Source: Octopus bimaculoides (taxonomy: Eukaryota). From it: a DNA stretch of 64,000 bases. Shown here piece by piece: positions 42,151 to 54,715 of this stretch. Numbering within the stretch: position 1 is the stretch's first letter; each line of letters begins with the position of its first letter. Under the pieces are notes generated by a model. It was not told the origin of the DNA, did not search any database, and saw only the letters and a program-made list of their open reading frames with translations. Where the stretch lies: positions 87,620,299 to 87,684,298 of the forward strand of contig NC_068990.1 of the NCBI RefSeq assembly GCF_001194135.2, given 5' to 3'. Both the position numbers and the translations under genes were made by a program.

Positions 42151-44439
42151 GCTCTACATTCACTTTCGTATGCTTTTTTTTTTTTTTTTTTTTAAAGGCT
42201 GGATGAAATTTAAATATGTTGATGCTCTTTCTAACAGTATTTATGAAGGCAGGAAGGTAACGAGAAGTGAAGTTGGTCATTGGGTCATGTAACACACTTG
42301 AGTGCTTTAGGCGGTCGATGCATCGGTAGAGTGTCATGGCACCTTTGTATGCAATAACCTCATAGTGTAACGTATCACCCTTAGTGTGACATGTTACACT
42401 GGGATATATATGTTGGCACACATCTATTCAGGCACACATCTTTTCAAGCACGACATACACGCGCTCATACACTTGCATGTACCACACATGCAAGCATGGG
42501 TATTCCATTTGATACACACACACAAGCGCACACATACACAGATTTATTGAAATACACAAAAGCGCAAATACTGAGAGCTACACTCCTGAACATACTTATG
42601 CGAAACACAAGCGCATATAAACATGCGTACAGTCACGTGTACGCATACAAAACAAGCATGCACTACATGGAAAGGTACACATGCACATACCGGAAAATAA
42701 ACACATAATAATAAATTATGCCATACTTACATGAATATTTTAGAGGACACACACGAAGAAAAACAGAAAAAATAGCAAAATTTATTAGTTTTCTTGAGTT
42801 TTATTTACAAAATATTAGAATATAAACAAACAGCTTGTGAAATTAAATCAATTAATACAGATGATAAATCTCCTGGCTTCTTCGACGTTTTTCTTCTCTT
42901 TTTCCGAACGTTTGGTAATTTAAGTTATGAGAAAGATATCTTTTTAATTACTTGAGAGAGCAAAAAGAAAGGAGTCTTTCAGTGATCTGTCTCAAAAAAA
43001 CAAAAAAAAAAGTAGGTGTTAGACAAAATTTAATGATTACACTACGTTTGCTAATCTAGTTATTAAAACAAGCGTTTTTTTTTTTTATTATTATTCTTTC
43101 AACTGCATGAAATGTTTCACTGTAATTTATTCCTAAAACTTGTTAACTTAGCTTCACAAAATGCCTTATTTTCTTATTAAAGGTCAATGCCACAGAAAAA
43201 GGTCAAATTTGGTTAGGAAAAAGTTTAATATATCACATTTCATCAAAATAAGATAAGAAACAGTTATATTAATTAAATGATTAATATTTTAAGTCTTGTT
43301 AGTTGACGATATATGACTTCTACACAGTGACAGCTTTGTCCTTATTACAATGATTGTATTGAAAGTATATCCGTGCAACCAATACTTTAAACACTCGCTT
43401 GGATTTCTAACTTAACTGTTTTTACTGACACGGCAATATTGTTATAACAATTATAACTATAACGAAAAAGGAGATATTGTTCACATAAAGCAAGGAGATC
43501 AAATAAACGTAGTTTCACATTTCACTATTTTACAACTGTCTAGTTTTCTTTTAAATCCTTAAAAATTATTAAAGGTTTTTAAAGTTTTTGAATGTTTCGT
43601 TCTTATGAATGTTTGACAGTCATTTCGTTTCAGTTTCATGCTTCCTTTTTTGTCTTTCATTTCCCTGCCGCATGTCATTATATTATAGCAGACATTATTT
43701 TCGTAATCCCTGTAGCTTTTTCACTTTGTAATATTATCTCAGAAACACTATACAGTGACGAATAAATCGAGATCTTCGTTTAAAGTAATGTTCTACCTTT
43801 TAATGCATTCATTTTTATTGCTTTAACCTATAATAAAGTTTTGTTCCACGACATATAATTCAATTATTATATTAACTACCTACAAATTCTTATAAAACCA
43901 AAATTTATTAAGCTTCGAATATCATGTAAACATAACTAATTTTACATAACTTGTTTTTCAAACAACTCTAATTCATCTGATAATTTATTTACATTTTCAA
44001 TAATTACTGCAGATTCTATAATCTTCAACAGCTGCTTATTCAAAATTCTACTCCTTCCCTTTCTCTTTATTTCTTTAATCTAATTTATTTTCTAACTTCC
44101 ACACGTTTTCTTAAAATTTTATGGTATGTCTTGTATTTAACTCTTTATACGTCGAAGCTAGTGAAACGTTTCTTTAGTACACTTTCTTATCCGAAATTGC
44201 AAACATTTTCTATCGCTACTTTAACTTAATCCACTTTTTGGTATATTTTAATCATTTATATTCTAGCTTATATTCCAATGTATTCCTTTTCACATATTTT
44301 TTAAAACTTTATATCATATTATATTTATTTTGTGTTTTTATTTTTCAAGTATTTATTCATTTATTTATTCATTTATTTACCTATTTATTCATTTATTTAT
44401 TTCTTTTGATTTCCACTGTTTCAGTATATAGATCATTGC

Positions 44440-44678
44440 TCTCAATAAGAAATTGTGATACTGGTTTCAAATTTGGCACAAGTCCAATAATTTCAGGGCA
44501 GGGGGCTAGTCGACTACATCGACCCTAGTATTCAACTGGTACTTATTTTAATCGACCCCGAAAGGATAAAGGATAATGTTGACCTCGGTGGAATTTGAAC
44601 TCAGAACGTAAAGACGGACGAAATACCGCTAAGCATTTTGTCCGGTGTGCTAACGATTCTGCCAGCTCGCTGCCTTAA
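44440..44678 (-). mobile_element. SINE A, full length
   Basis: Reverse complement of head, B box and core. Confidence 0.9.
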
Positions 44679-45424
44679 GACCTTGTAATATTAATATGAC
44701 GCAATCCTGTAAACGAATATGTTTATTTTATGGCATGCATGCTTTATATACATCTCTTTGCACATCATTATCTCGCCTTATAGTCTTCTCTGTGCAGATC
44801 TTACCAAGTAAGTAAAATGATTCTTTGTACGACAATAAAGACACACATTCCGTCCTGATATTGTAATTTTCACGTCATCGTTAATACAAGAGTATATAAA
44901 CATACATACGCACATACGTATATGTACACGCATATACAAATACGCGCATCCATGTGTATGTGTGTTTTGAATGTAACATATTCCATCGGATCTAATCTGA
45001 AGCATAATACACAGACTGCTGTTTAATTAGCTAACTTCAATAAGTTAAGATATGTAGAGCTGTCACATCAGTCGTTTCTGATAAAAGTGAGGTAGAGTTA
45101 AACGTCTCAGAAAAATAGCATCGAACACATGTAACGAAAATGTATATAACGCTGGGACAGGCCTTGTTTCTTCAAACCGAAATCACATGGTTTTCTTCAT
45201 TAACCAGCCTCAATAAATGATGTCTCGATAATAATTGCACGATACTACATCGCAAGAAGAACGTGTGTTTTGATTGGCCACCATTTCAAACGAAATAAAC
45301 GATAAATTCATTTCGATTTGTTGATCTCTTTGTTGTGGTAAAAGTAACCCCAGAGAACTCAACTGTGTGATAAAAAAAAAGCAGCTTTTATCATAGGATT
45401 TAGACATGTATGTGTTAAACAAAG

Positions 45425-45791
45425 TACGAGGTGCGTTCAAAAAGTATCCGATATTATTTTTTCCCGCCAACACTAATGCCGCGTGGGCAAAATCCTTTGG
45501 GCTGGAGGTGACGCCACCCTTTCTGCGCATGCGTGAAACTTTTCGCGAAAGGCCGCTTCGACTCGCGGCTATAACGCCTACAGTACAGAAGTGTAATGCG
45601 TGCTCGTCAGAATTCTGTTTTCCGTAAGATGAGAGAACGCATCGAGCAGAGACCATAAACCCATGTCTCATCACCAGTGATGATTATCTTCATGAAGTCT
45701 GGGTCACCTCCCAACCAAAGGATTTTTGCCCGCGGTGCATTAGTTTTGGTGCTTAAAAATAAAGTCGAATACTTTTTGAACGCACCTTGTA
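45425..45791 (+). mobile_element. Non-autonomous, internally deleted mariner (MITE)
   Basis: TIRs TACGAGGTGCGTTCAAAAAGTATCCGA / revcomp TACAAGGTGCGTTCAAAAAGTATTCGA, TA ends, and a residual transposase start MRERIEQR. Confidence 0.9.
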
Positions 45792-46434
45792 TATTCCAAC
45801 CGATGTCTGCTTTTTTACTCTGTTTCTTTCTAATCCCTAGTTCACCACTTCCTGTTTCCGTTCCGACTATTGATCACTTATTTTTCAGCTCGTTTAGCCA
45901 GCACACGTATCTTTCTCTTCTCCATTGTTTGCTCAACAACATCGTCTGGCACTTAACGCGCCTTTTCTTTCTCTCGGATCGCTCCAGTTGCTTTATTGTT
46001 TTCTGTTGTTTCGTTTTATTTTATTTTATCAAATAAAAAATCTTGTTTTATTTAATTTTATCGTAAATAAATATATTTTGTTTTCTTTTCTATTCTCTAG
46101 CTTCAACAATATATCCGTTTCCTGTTTTGTTGCTAAGATTCGACTCAATTTTTTCCTTATTTCTTTCCGACATGCCTTCAATGCATCTTTCTCACAACCG
46201 TATCCAGTGGTTGTTGATAGCTTTAAGGTACGTTCAAGTGTCGAAACGGTTTTAATTCGGAGTGAGACAGTTTATGATTGTTTAATTTTGGCTTATTTTT
46301 CTCTTCTGTAATTATCATCATGCGCTTTTATAGTTTGTATCCTTTGCTTTTATTTTCGATTGACCACGAACACAGACATATTGTCAAATATGTTTTGTTT
46401 TATACATACATACATACATACATACATACATACA

Positions 46435-46770
46435 GGCTTCTCAAAACCAGAAAGGAGAAAGCTGATTCAAAGACTACAGATCTAATCCATCACTGGAACT
46501 ATAAAAATCTGTTAAACTTTCCAGAAGTTTATCATTTAAATATACATGAGCATGTCTAGATATGCAACTATATGCATGAGATTGTACACATAAAACAAAA
46601 CATACAAATCTGCACATAGACATACATGCATACATACATACATACATACATACATACATACATACAAAAATACGCTGTTGATGTTGAAATTCCAATGAAG
46701 GAGCCTTAGATCAAGGTTAGAAACCGGCTCTTACTCTATTGACAAGAAATCTTGAAATAAAACTGAACAA
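46435..46770 (+). mobile_element. Second, 5'-truncated copy of the same REL-LINE 3' end
   Basis: Colinear with about 33342-33693 (ggcttctcaaaa...gaaataaaactgaacaa), including the internal (TACA)n. Confidence 0.85.
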
Positions 46771-46824
46771 AGGCATACATACGTACATACATATATATAG
46801 TTGGTGAATTTGATTCTCGGACTG

Positions 46825-47095
46825 AGCTGTGTGTCATGTTCTCGAGCATGACGCTTTATTTCGCGTTGCTCCAGTTCACTCAGTTATAGAAATGAGTTTC
46901 GACGTCACTGGTGCCAAGCTGTTTCTGGCTTTGCCTTTCCTTTTGATAACATCGGTGGCGTGGAGAATGGAGACTGGTATGCATAGGCGACTGCTACTCT
47001 TCCATAAACAACCTTGCTCGGACTTGAACCCAGGAGGGGAACTTTCTAGATACAATCACATGGTCATTCAAGACCGACGGGGACCTTTACCCTTT
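46825..47095 (+). mobile_element. SINE family C-related 3' part
   Basis: tgttctcgagca.gac.ctttatttc.cgttgctccagttcactcag.t.tagaaatgagt. Confidence 0.6.
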
Positions 47096-47135
<40 letters not shown>

Positions 47136-47466
47136 ATGATATGATAATATATGATATGATATAGGGAATACGTATATATGGCATTATATCATTAACAAAA
47201 TATATAGAAATAACAAAAATATAACAACCTAAGCAAAACTACTCCTAAATAATTCTTTGCTTTTGTCCCAAAACTTCACTGTTTCATGCAATAACGTTTT
47301 ACGCAAACGGGTGAACATACTGAAACGGTAATACGCAACATACAATCACACACATGAGTACACTACCGTATATGGACACGTATAAGCGTAAATAAATTTG
47401 AAAGCTACATTTTGAAATAAATATTGTTATCTGAAAACTTGAATGTTATTTTTTATCCATTTCTAC

Positions 47467-47691
47467 AGTCCGATATCTTTATACATGTTTCGCTTTTATC
47501 AAAGAGCAATGTCCTTTTCGGGATGTGATCGTTCGGCAGAATAGAGATGCATCGTAGATTTACTTAAGGAAATATTCATTTCAGTGTATTCCGGCGTCTA
47601 TCGTGACGTTTCCAGTAATACTAGTTGACATATAGTAGACACATGCAGGAAGGACATGAACCAAACTTTCAGCCCTTTAGGGCGAAAATCA
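47467..47691 (+). repeat. 225-bp direct repeat, copy 1
   Basis: Identical to 49064-49288 except 3 substitutions. Confidence 0.95.
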
Positions 47692-48534
47692 AGATTTTGT
47701 TTAACTGGCATGACCCATTAAAATCTACCCATTCAGATTGTACTCATTATAATTTCATAATATCCTTTAGCCCTAGTTATTCGGCGACTTTTCAAATCTA
47801 ATAATCTAACAGTATTCTCTCTCAGTTCCATAAAACCCCCAACAGGATGACTTCTAAACCTACTGTTTTTACGTATACATTTTCTCAAATTGCCTCACTA
47901 ACATAAAAAAAAACGTGATTTTACAAAAAATGCTTTTTACATCCATCCTTCTGGACATCATACGAACTATAAGAATTATCTGCACGAACATTAATTGGTA
48001 CGATTGTAACTAATTGATTTCTTGACTGTTTTCAATATATGTGTTTGTGTATGTATATATTTATTCATACTTCATAGTTCTTTTGATCTACTCGTTCATG
48101 TTGTGTTCGTTAGGTTTTCATTTGAATAATTTCCCCTAAAGATAATTACTTAGCTAATTGCTAAAGCTAGTATCCTATAATCATCCGTTCTACACAGACT
48201 CGGCACTATAAAGAATTCCTCTTGATCCAGTTTCTATGTACACAAGTTCTTTTTCTCCAACATTACGTTACCTGATGCTGTTTTTAATTAAGTTTATTAA
48301 TATTTTCAACTGAAGCGTAACTTTTTCATTTATCATTTTAATTTTCATTCTGTGCTGTGCAACGCACTGGAACGTCCTTGGATGGCTTCATTAATTTATT
48401 AATTTTTCTATAGGAATATGTTGCTAACCCTTCATTTCTATATTTCTGGAGAAATGGACGCTGTGAGTGATCTTTAGGGTCACTTATCACAGCGCAATAT
48501 ATTCAGTTTAGAGAAATAGGCAGAAAGGGAGAAG

Positions 48535-48670
48535 AGTCGGCCGCAATATTTAACTAGTACCAGTTTATCGACTCTGTAAGGGCAAAAGGCAAAGATGACC
48601 CCGGTTGGACTTGAAATCGAACAGTGCAAAACATCCTATCTTACTGCATAACGACGCTGTCAACCGTCAG
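48535..48670 (-). mobile_element. Highly decayed SINE A
   Basis: tttatcgactc...aaaggcaaagatgacccc, weak. Confidence 0.4.
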
Positions 48671-49063
48671 TCTACTTTTAAACTGTTTTGATTGCTAAGA
48701 TTTTAGTTCTGTTAATCATTTTCATAGAACTAGTAAACACAATCATATAGCTGCTTCTAGCTTACCTTTCCTCATTCTTGTTCATTTATTACTTTGGTGA
48801 AAAAAATCATTTGCTACAAGCTACGTTGATTTAAACGAGTGACTTCCTTGTTACAAACATGAAGGAATTTGTAATTATTCTTAAATCATAATTACATTTA
48901 TAATGCATTTTGTAAAGTATTCATAATTTTCCTTACTTTTGTTGTTATTCTTTGTCTAGCCTTTCTTATTTCATTTACAATTAACGTAAATTCCTGTTTG
49001 CTTCGCATTATTTGTAATGTTACAAATTACATATATCTACTATAACATCGCAAGATCTTTCTG

Positions 49064-49288
49064 AGTCCGATATCTTTATACATGTTTCGTTTTTATCAAA
49101 GAGCAATGTCCTTTTCAGGATGGGATCGTTCGGCAGAATAGAGATGCATCGTAGATTTACTTAAGGAAATATTCATTTCAGTGTATTCCGGCGTCTATCG
49201 TGACGTTTCCAGTAATACTAGTTGACATATAGTAGACACATGCAGGAAGGACATGAACCAAACTTTCAGCCCTTTAGGGCGAAAATCA
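49064..49288 (+). repeat. 225-bp direct repeat, copy 2
   Basis: Identical to 47467-47691 except 3 substitutions. Confidence 0.95.
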
Positions 49289-51759
49289 TTATAGCGACTA
49301 GTATGTACCACCCTGTACTCAATTTTTTATACGTCTTCTTAACCTTAGCACCAACCAATACAAACGTTATAAGAAACTCAAGCAGGATTGTATTATCTGC
49401 TCATAATCTTTAAGAACCTATTTATTCAAGAATAATTACAGAAAAAAAATCGAACCTGTCTATAATTGAACATCTTTTCTATAAGATATATTTTATTATA
49501 AGGAAGCTCTGAAGGCCAATGAATTTACGGAAAAGCTGACCACTTCCCGAAAATAAAGTACGTAAATGGAAACTACACTATTTTTAGACCTTACACATAA
49601 ACACAAACTCGATAACTCGGACAGCCAAATACATGTACGTACACAGCCCACCCCTCACGTAATATGTATATACATGTGTCTGCGTGTGTATACATTTATA
49701 CATAATATACGCATATAGCTAGATATACATATGTACATATATGATTCATGCATAGACATATTAATATATAAACATATACGCATACACTTATATCATATGC
49801 ACAAGCGTGTATGCATATATATGCCCTCATGCATATGTGTATGTATGTAAGCCACAAATGATGTTAATAGCTTGTTTTTGGTGGGGGGAGTTCTCTCAAA
49901 AACACATGTACCCCGGGCTTGGATATGTTAACACTTGCCTCTGTAGAACTCGATGTTCATTACGAAACTCTTAAGTCTATTTTAAATAGTTTTTCTGATC
50001 CATTTACAAATTGTATCTATAACGTGCGTATTATTCAGTCTTTCTTTTTTTTTTTTTGCTCCAATTCTTAGCCAAATCTTTTTTTGCCCCATATCTCTAT
50101 GATATTTACCCACTCAAACAAGTGCACCAAATTATTGGTGTAAATGTGAATTTATAATAAAGAGAGAAGAGCAGTAGGTTTCGAAGCAGCTATCGCTATA
50201 TACTCTCTTTCTCGCTGTTTCTGACAGTGATGTTCACATTTTCAGTGCAGCTAACCCCAGTGATTATAGATGATCTAAAAAAAAATTTTTTAATCCGAAA
50301 TATCTTTACCAGAACTATTATATTTGCACTTGATATAAGTTTTGATAGGAATATTCTGCCTACATTCTTTGTGTTATATTTTCAATAGCAGAGGTCTTGT
50401 TTATATTTATCACAGAGTAATCTTTTCTTGAGATGGAATTTATCTAGCTTTAACAATGACATCATGCCGATGACATTTTGAGGCAACTGCTGGAGAAGAC
50501 AATATAAGCGATATTTGAAATTGTATCTTCGGTAGTTTAAGGGCTTCACTGTCTGGTGTGTTCTTTAGATATTTAACAGCTATTTCCTACCCTTGGATTG
50601 CAAAAGCGTAATCTTCAAGGTGTGACGTGATGTAACGGTCTAAGAGAGACTACATTTCATGCTAATATTATTCTCCTCCTCAGCTTTACTGGAAACATCT
50701 ATGCATAACATTTTTGTGATATACAGAATGTTTCACTTCCAAATCTTTCCTAAGATACATAAGGTACATTAGTGCTGCACTTCTGCGTTCACACGGGATG
50801 TCATCAAGTGAAGATTTCTTGAGGTTTGGTGCATTTAATTTTTCTGCCAGGAACGTTTCAGCACCCCTCGTATAAATTAACGTGATTTAAGCTTAAAACC
50901 TAAAGCGCTATGAACTAAATACCAGGGGTGCAATTTATCCGACGATGCCTCAAGGATTCTGTTGGCTCTCTGCCTTACATCCGTGACATACCTCATTCAA
51001 ACTATACCGTTATCATGAACTATTTTGTATAATCTTTTCTCTTTAATTATTTTTTATATGAATTCTTGTAATACTTAGAAATATTTATCACATAGCATTA
51101 TTTATGAATCCATGAAATATTGGAAGGGAAATATCTCTTTTGTTTTATATCGACAATATTTCTTCGTTCGAATATCTAGGACGGAAATGTCGCTTCCTAC
51201 AATGTTGGCTGATCTGAATAATATCAATATTATCTTCAATTAGGTTGCGTGGGATGGTTATTATTCAACGACGTGATTGGCCTCCCAATATGTGTAGGAG
51301 TACACATAAATGTGTGTTTATGTGTGAGTATTTGTGTGTCACTGTATGTGTGAGACTACGTGTGAACGTGTTTATGTGTCTTATCTAAATGTGTATGTGT
51401 TTTAGGCGTGTGTGGTGCAATAGAAAACCCAAGACTTTGTGTAAACAACACACTGTGATGGCGGTTAAAAAGATAAGATAAAAGAAACATGAACAGAGAT
51501 TCGCTTCTATTGTCAACCGTGACGCTCAACCGCATATTACGGATATCTCCCACTTTTTAACTTTTTTTATTGTAATTTTTGCTGCTTTTTAAAGTCCGGG
51601 TGTTTGTGTTCGTAAGGAGAATGTCTGATGTTTGTGGCGATAAATACAACCGTGGAAAAGTGTAAGTAGATATAGAGAATATAGAGATTAAAGTCATAGG
51701 AAGTAAAAAGAGAAACTAAAAACGCATTGTAAGAAAAATTCCTTAAGAATATATATACC

Positions 51760-52600
51760 TACGGATTAGTGTTGGGACAACCGCATTCGTGGATTTTGGA
51801 AACACTCGACAATTGTGGAGTAGCTGAGAACGTGTGTGCACTCATTAAGAACAGCATACCTAGTTGGAAAACACGTCTTTCTTGTGGCAGCCAGCACTTA
51901 GCCGAGGTTACAATCAAAAGAGGTATCTTCCACGGAGACTCTTGTTCACCTTTCTTAGTTGTTGTAGCCTTGATCCCACTTTCTGTAGTCCTACGCGGAG
52001 GAAGAATGTACCTCGTTTCAACCACCTTCTCTTCATGGACGATTTAAAACTGTTCGCAAAAACAGATCCTGAAATGGAGAGGTTGGTTGACACTGTGCAG
52101 ATGTGCAGCAAGGATATAGGGATGGAATTCGGTATCTCAAAGTGTGTGGTGCTCACTTTGAAAAGGAGGAAAAGAGCTGATTGTAGGGGCATCGAATTGC
52201 CGAACGGAGAGTGAATGGAAGACCCAGATGATGATGGGCACAAGTTCCTTGGGATCTTGGAGTTGGACAATATCTTGCACAGAAAAATGAAAAACAAAGT
52301 CATCACTGCATATTTGAAGCGCCTCAAACTTCTCTTGAAACCAAAACTCAACACAAGGAACCTTCTGACTGCCATCAACATATGGACTGTTGCTGCAGCC
52401 CGCTGTAGTGCACCCATCCTGAAATGGCCACTAGCGGAGATTAACCAACTCGATCGCACCACCCCAAAAGCAATGGCAGTGCATGGTACCCTCCAGCCTA
52501 TAGCCAATGTACACAGTCTCTACATGAAGAGGGGTAAAGGTGGACGTGGGCTGATTAGCGTATGGAAGTGCATCAACAATGAAAGAAAAAAACATGGCAG
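51760..52600 (+). mobile_element. Decayed non-LTR retrotransposon RT fragment, R4/Dong-like (REL) clade
   Basis: Frameshifted peptides PHSWILETL, IKRGIFHGDSCSP (GIFQGDSLSP), NHLLFMDDLKLFAK, DIGMEFGISKC, KFLGILE, LYMKRGKGGRGL. Confidence 0.9.
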
Positions 52601-52688
52601 AATATTTGCTACAGTACAGACCTGCTAATGCAGAAGGATTTACCAAAAATGGACTTTTCCAACAGTTTAATCTGTTGTGCGAATATGA

Positions 52689-52720
<32 letters not shown>

Positions 52721-54464
52721 CAATAATAATAATAATAGTGGTAGTGATGAGAATTATTATTTATAAAATGCTGATATGTATTTGATAGTCATAAGAATAA
52801 GTTTAATTTTTTCGAAAAATAAACACTTTTGTGATTCGTTTAATTACTACATGCAATCGCATGCACACACTCACACCCACACCCACATTTACTAGTGTGA
52901 GTGTGTATAAATGCATATATGTGTGTGTTTATCTGGGTATATTTGTGTATTTATTTGGGTATGCGTGTGTTTGTGTGGATATGTGTATCTAGGTATGTGT
53001 GTTCCAATATTTCCGAATAGATGTTAATTATTTGCACTGAGATGAAAGTAAAATAAACAACAACAAAAGTGACGGATTGAATTGTCATAACATGTGTGTG
53101 TGTGTGTGTGTGTGTGTGATTGTGTGCGTGTGTATGTGTGCTTCCATTCCATTATTCATGGAATTCACCATTTGTTATCCATAAAATGCAGCTACAATAT
53201 GGAAATGAGTGTCTCATATGCTGTATAAATATATTAATAACCATTAACGTTTGTTAGCTACAAACGACAGTCGTAGCTGTGTTTTTCATGAATACTTTAT
53301 CCAAGCAATTTTCTCATTTCATGTCTCGTTCAAGGGTAATAGAGACATCGTGTTGATTTTGATATCGTCAAGGAGAATCTCTGAAAGTGCGTAGGTGAGG
53401 AGACTGGCTAGTGGCGGAGACGGTAATGGTTCGGAGAAGGGAGGAGGGAAGTTTTGCATCAGAAAGAGTTAATTCAATGAAGAGGAAAAGAGAGAATGAA
53501 GAAGAGGACTGATAAAAGGATGAGAACAAAGAAACAAAGGAGAGTAAGGGGAAATAGTGTAAGGTTTATGGTGTTTGTTGACCAGTGTTGAATATGGCCT
53601 CGACCTAGAGTATCATAAAGAATAATACTGTTTGTGCTGTAACCATCTGTGGTTGATCAATACGATACGTTGCTGTTTAGACTTTACAGCATCATGAAAG
53701 GCGATGACAACTATTTCTATATAGAGAGTAACCCTGCCTTCCAGCTTGAAACAACAACCAAATATCCCTTATATCACACGTTCCATTCTTCAAAAAGGTA
53801 AGGAAATAATAATGTATCTGTTATATAAAATTAACAAAATAGCCAAGGCCGGAATTCATTGGATTATAGACCTACTTAATTAAGCCTTTCTCGGGTTAAA
53901 CAGCACTAACAACACTAACAACAACGACAATTGATATTGATACTGTGATTAGTTGAGTACTAGAAATAACAGCTAAATCTCCCAAGATTTATGTTATGAT
54001 AAAAATAAAGAACAGACCGGTCATAGTTGGAATGGCTTCCATCAGTGTTAATCTAGGGCCAAACACCTCAAACTACCTCTATTACAGAATATTCAATATG
54101 GATGGTAATGGACCAAATATCATTCTGAGTGTCTGATTATATACGAAAGAGCGGTCTCAAGAAATGTAATTGCCAATATTAGTGAAGTACATATTCAGTG
54201 TAACGTCAGATTAAACGCAATGATCAGTATTACAAAGGCATATTGTAATACTGATCGTTGTAATACTGTAATACTGGCCGTGGCTTCAAAAATAGAATAC
54301 ATTGCGGCCAAAACAACAATGATATTGAGAAGCAGAGAAGAAACAACGAAAGCAGAATATTGCAAGATATGATCGTCCTTGTAATTTAAATGTTCGTTCC
54401 AGTGTTTCCAAGCAAGCTACTTACCACACAGCCACTCCTACATATATAAAATAATAAATAAATA

Positions 54465-54715
54465 CGCCCTTTTTAAAGCCTAGCCAGGCTCATGGGCCCG
54501 GTTTCCCGGTTTCAAGGGCGTATGTGTTCCCCAGATGGACGGGACGCCAGTCCATCGGAGCGTTACTCATGTTTGCCAGCTGAGTGGACTGGAGCAACGT
54601 GAAATGAAGTGTTTTGCTGAAAAACACAACGCGTCACCCCGTCCAGGAATCGAAACCACAATCTTACGACCATGGTGCTGACACCCTAACCACTAAGTCA
54701 CGCGCCTCCACACGC
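54465..54715 (-). mobile_element. tRNA-derived SINE family C (Meta/V-like central domain), well-preserved copy
   Basis: Minus strand: ggcgcgtgacttagtggttagggtgtcagc...ggtttcgattcctggac...aaaacacttcatttcacgttgctccagtccactcagctgg...ccgggcccatgagcctggctaggc. Domain label is recalled, not searched. Confidence 0.8.

Noticed and set aside
53340-53560. Possible Penelope RT motif remnants on the - strand (SPLL..LF, ..LDDI)
   Set aside because: Needs several frameshifts to assemble; too degraded to call.
54243-54280. TAATACTG repeats resembling the miR-8/miR-200 5' end
   Set aside because: The match is limited to 8 nt and the downstream sequence differs from the known matures.
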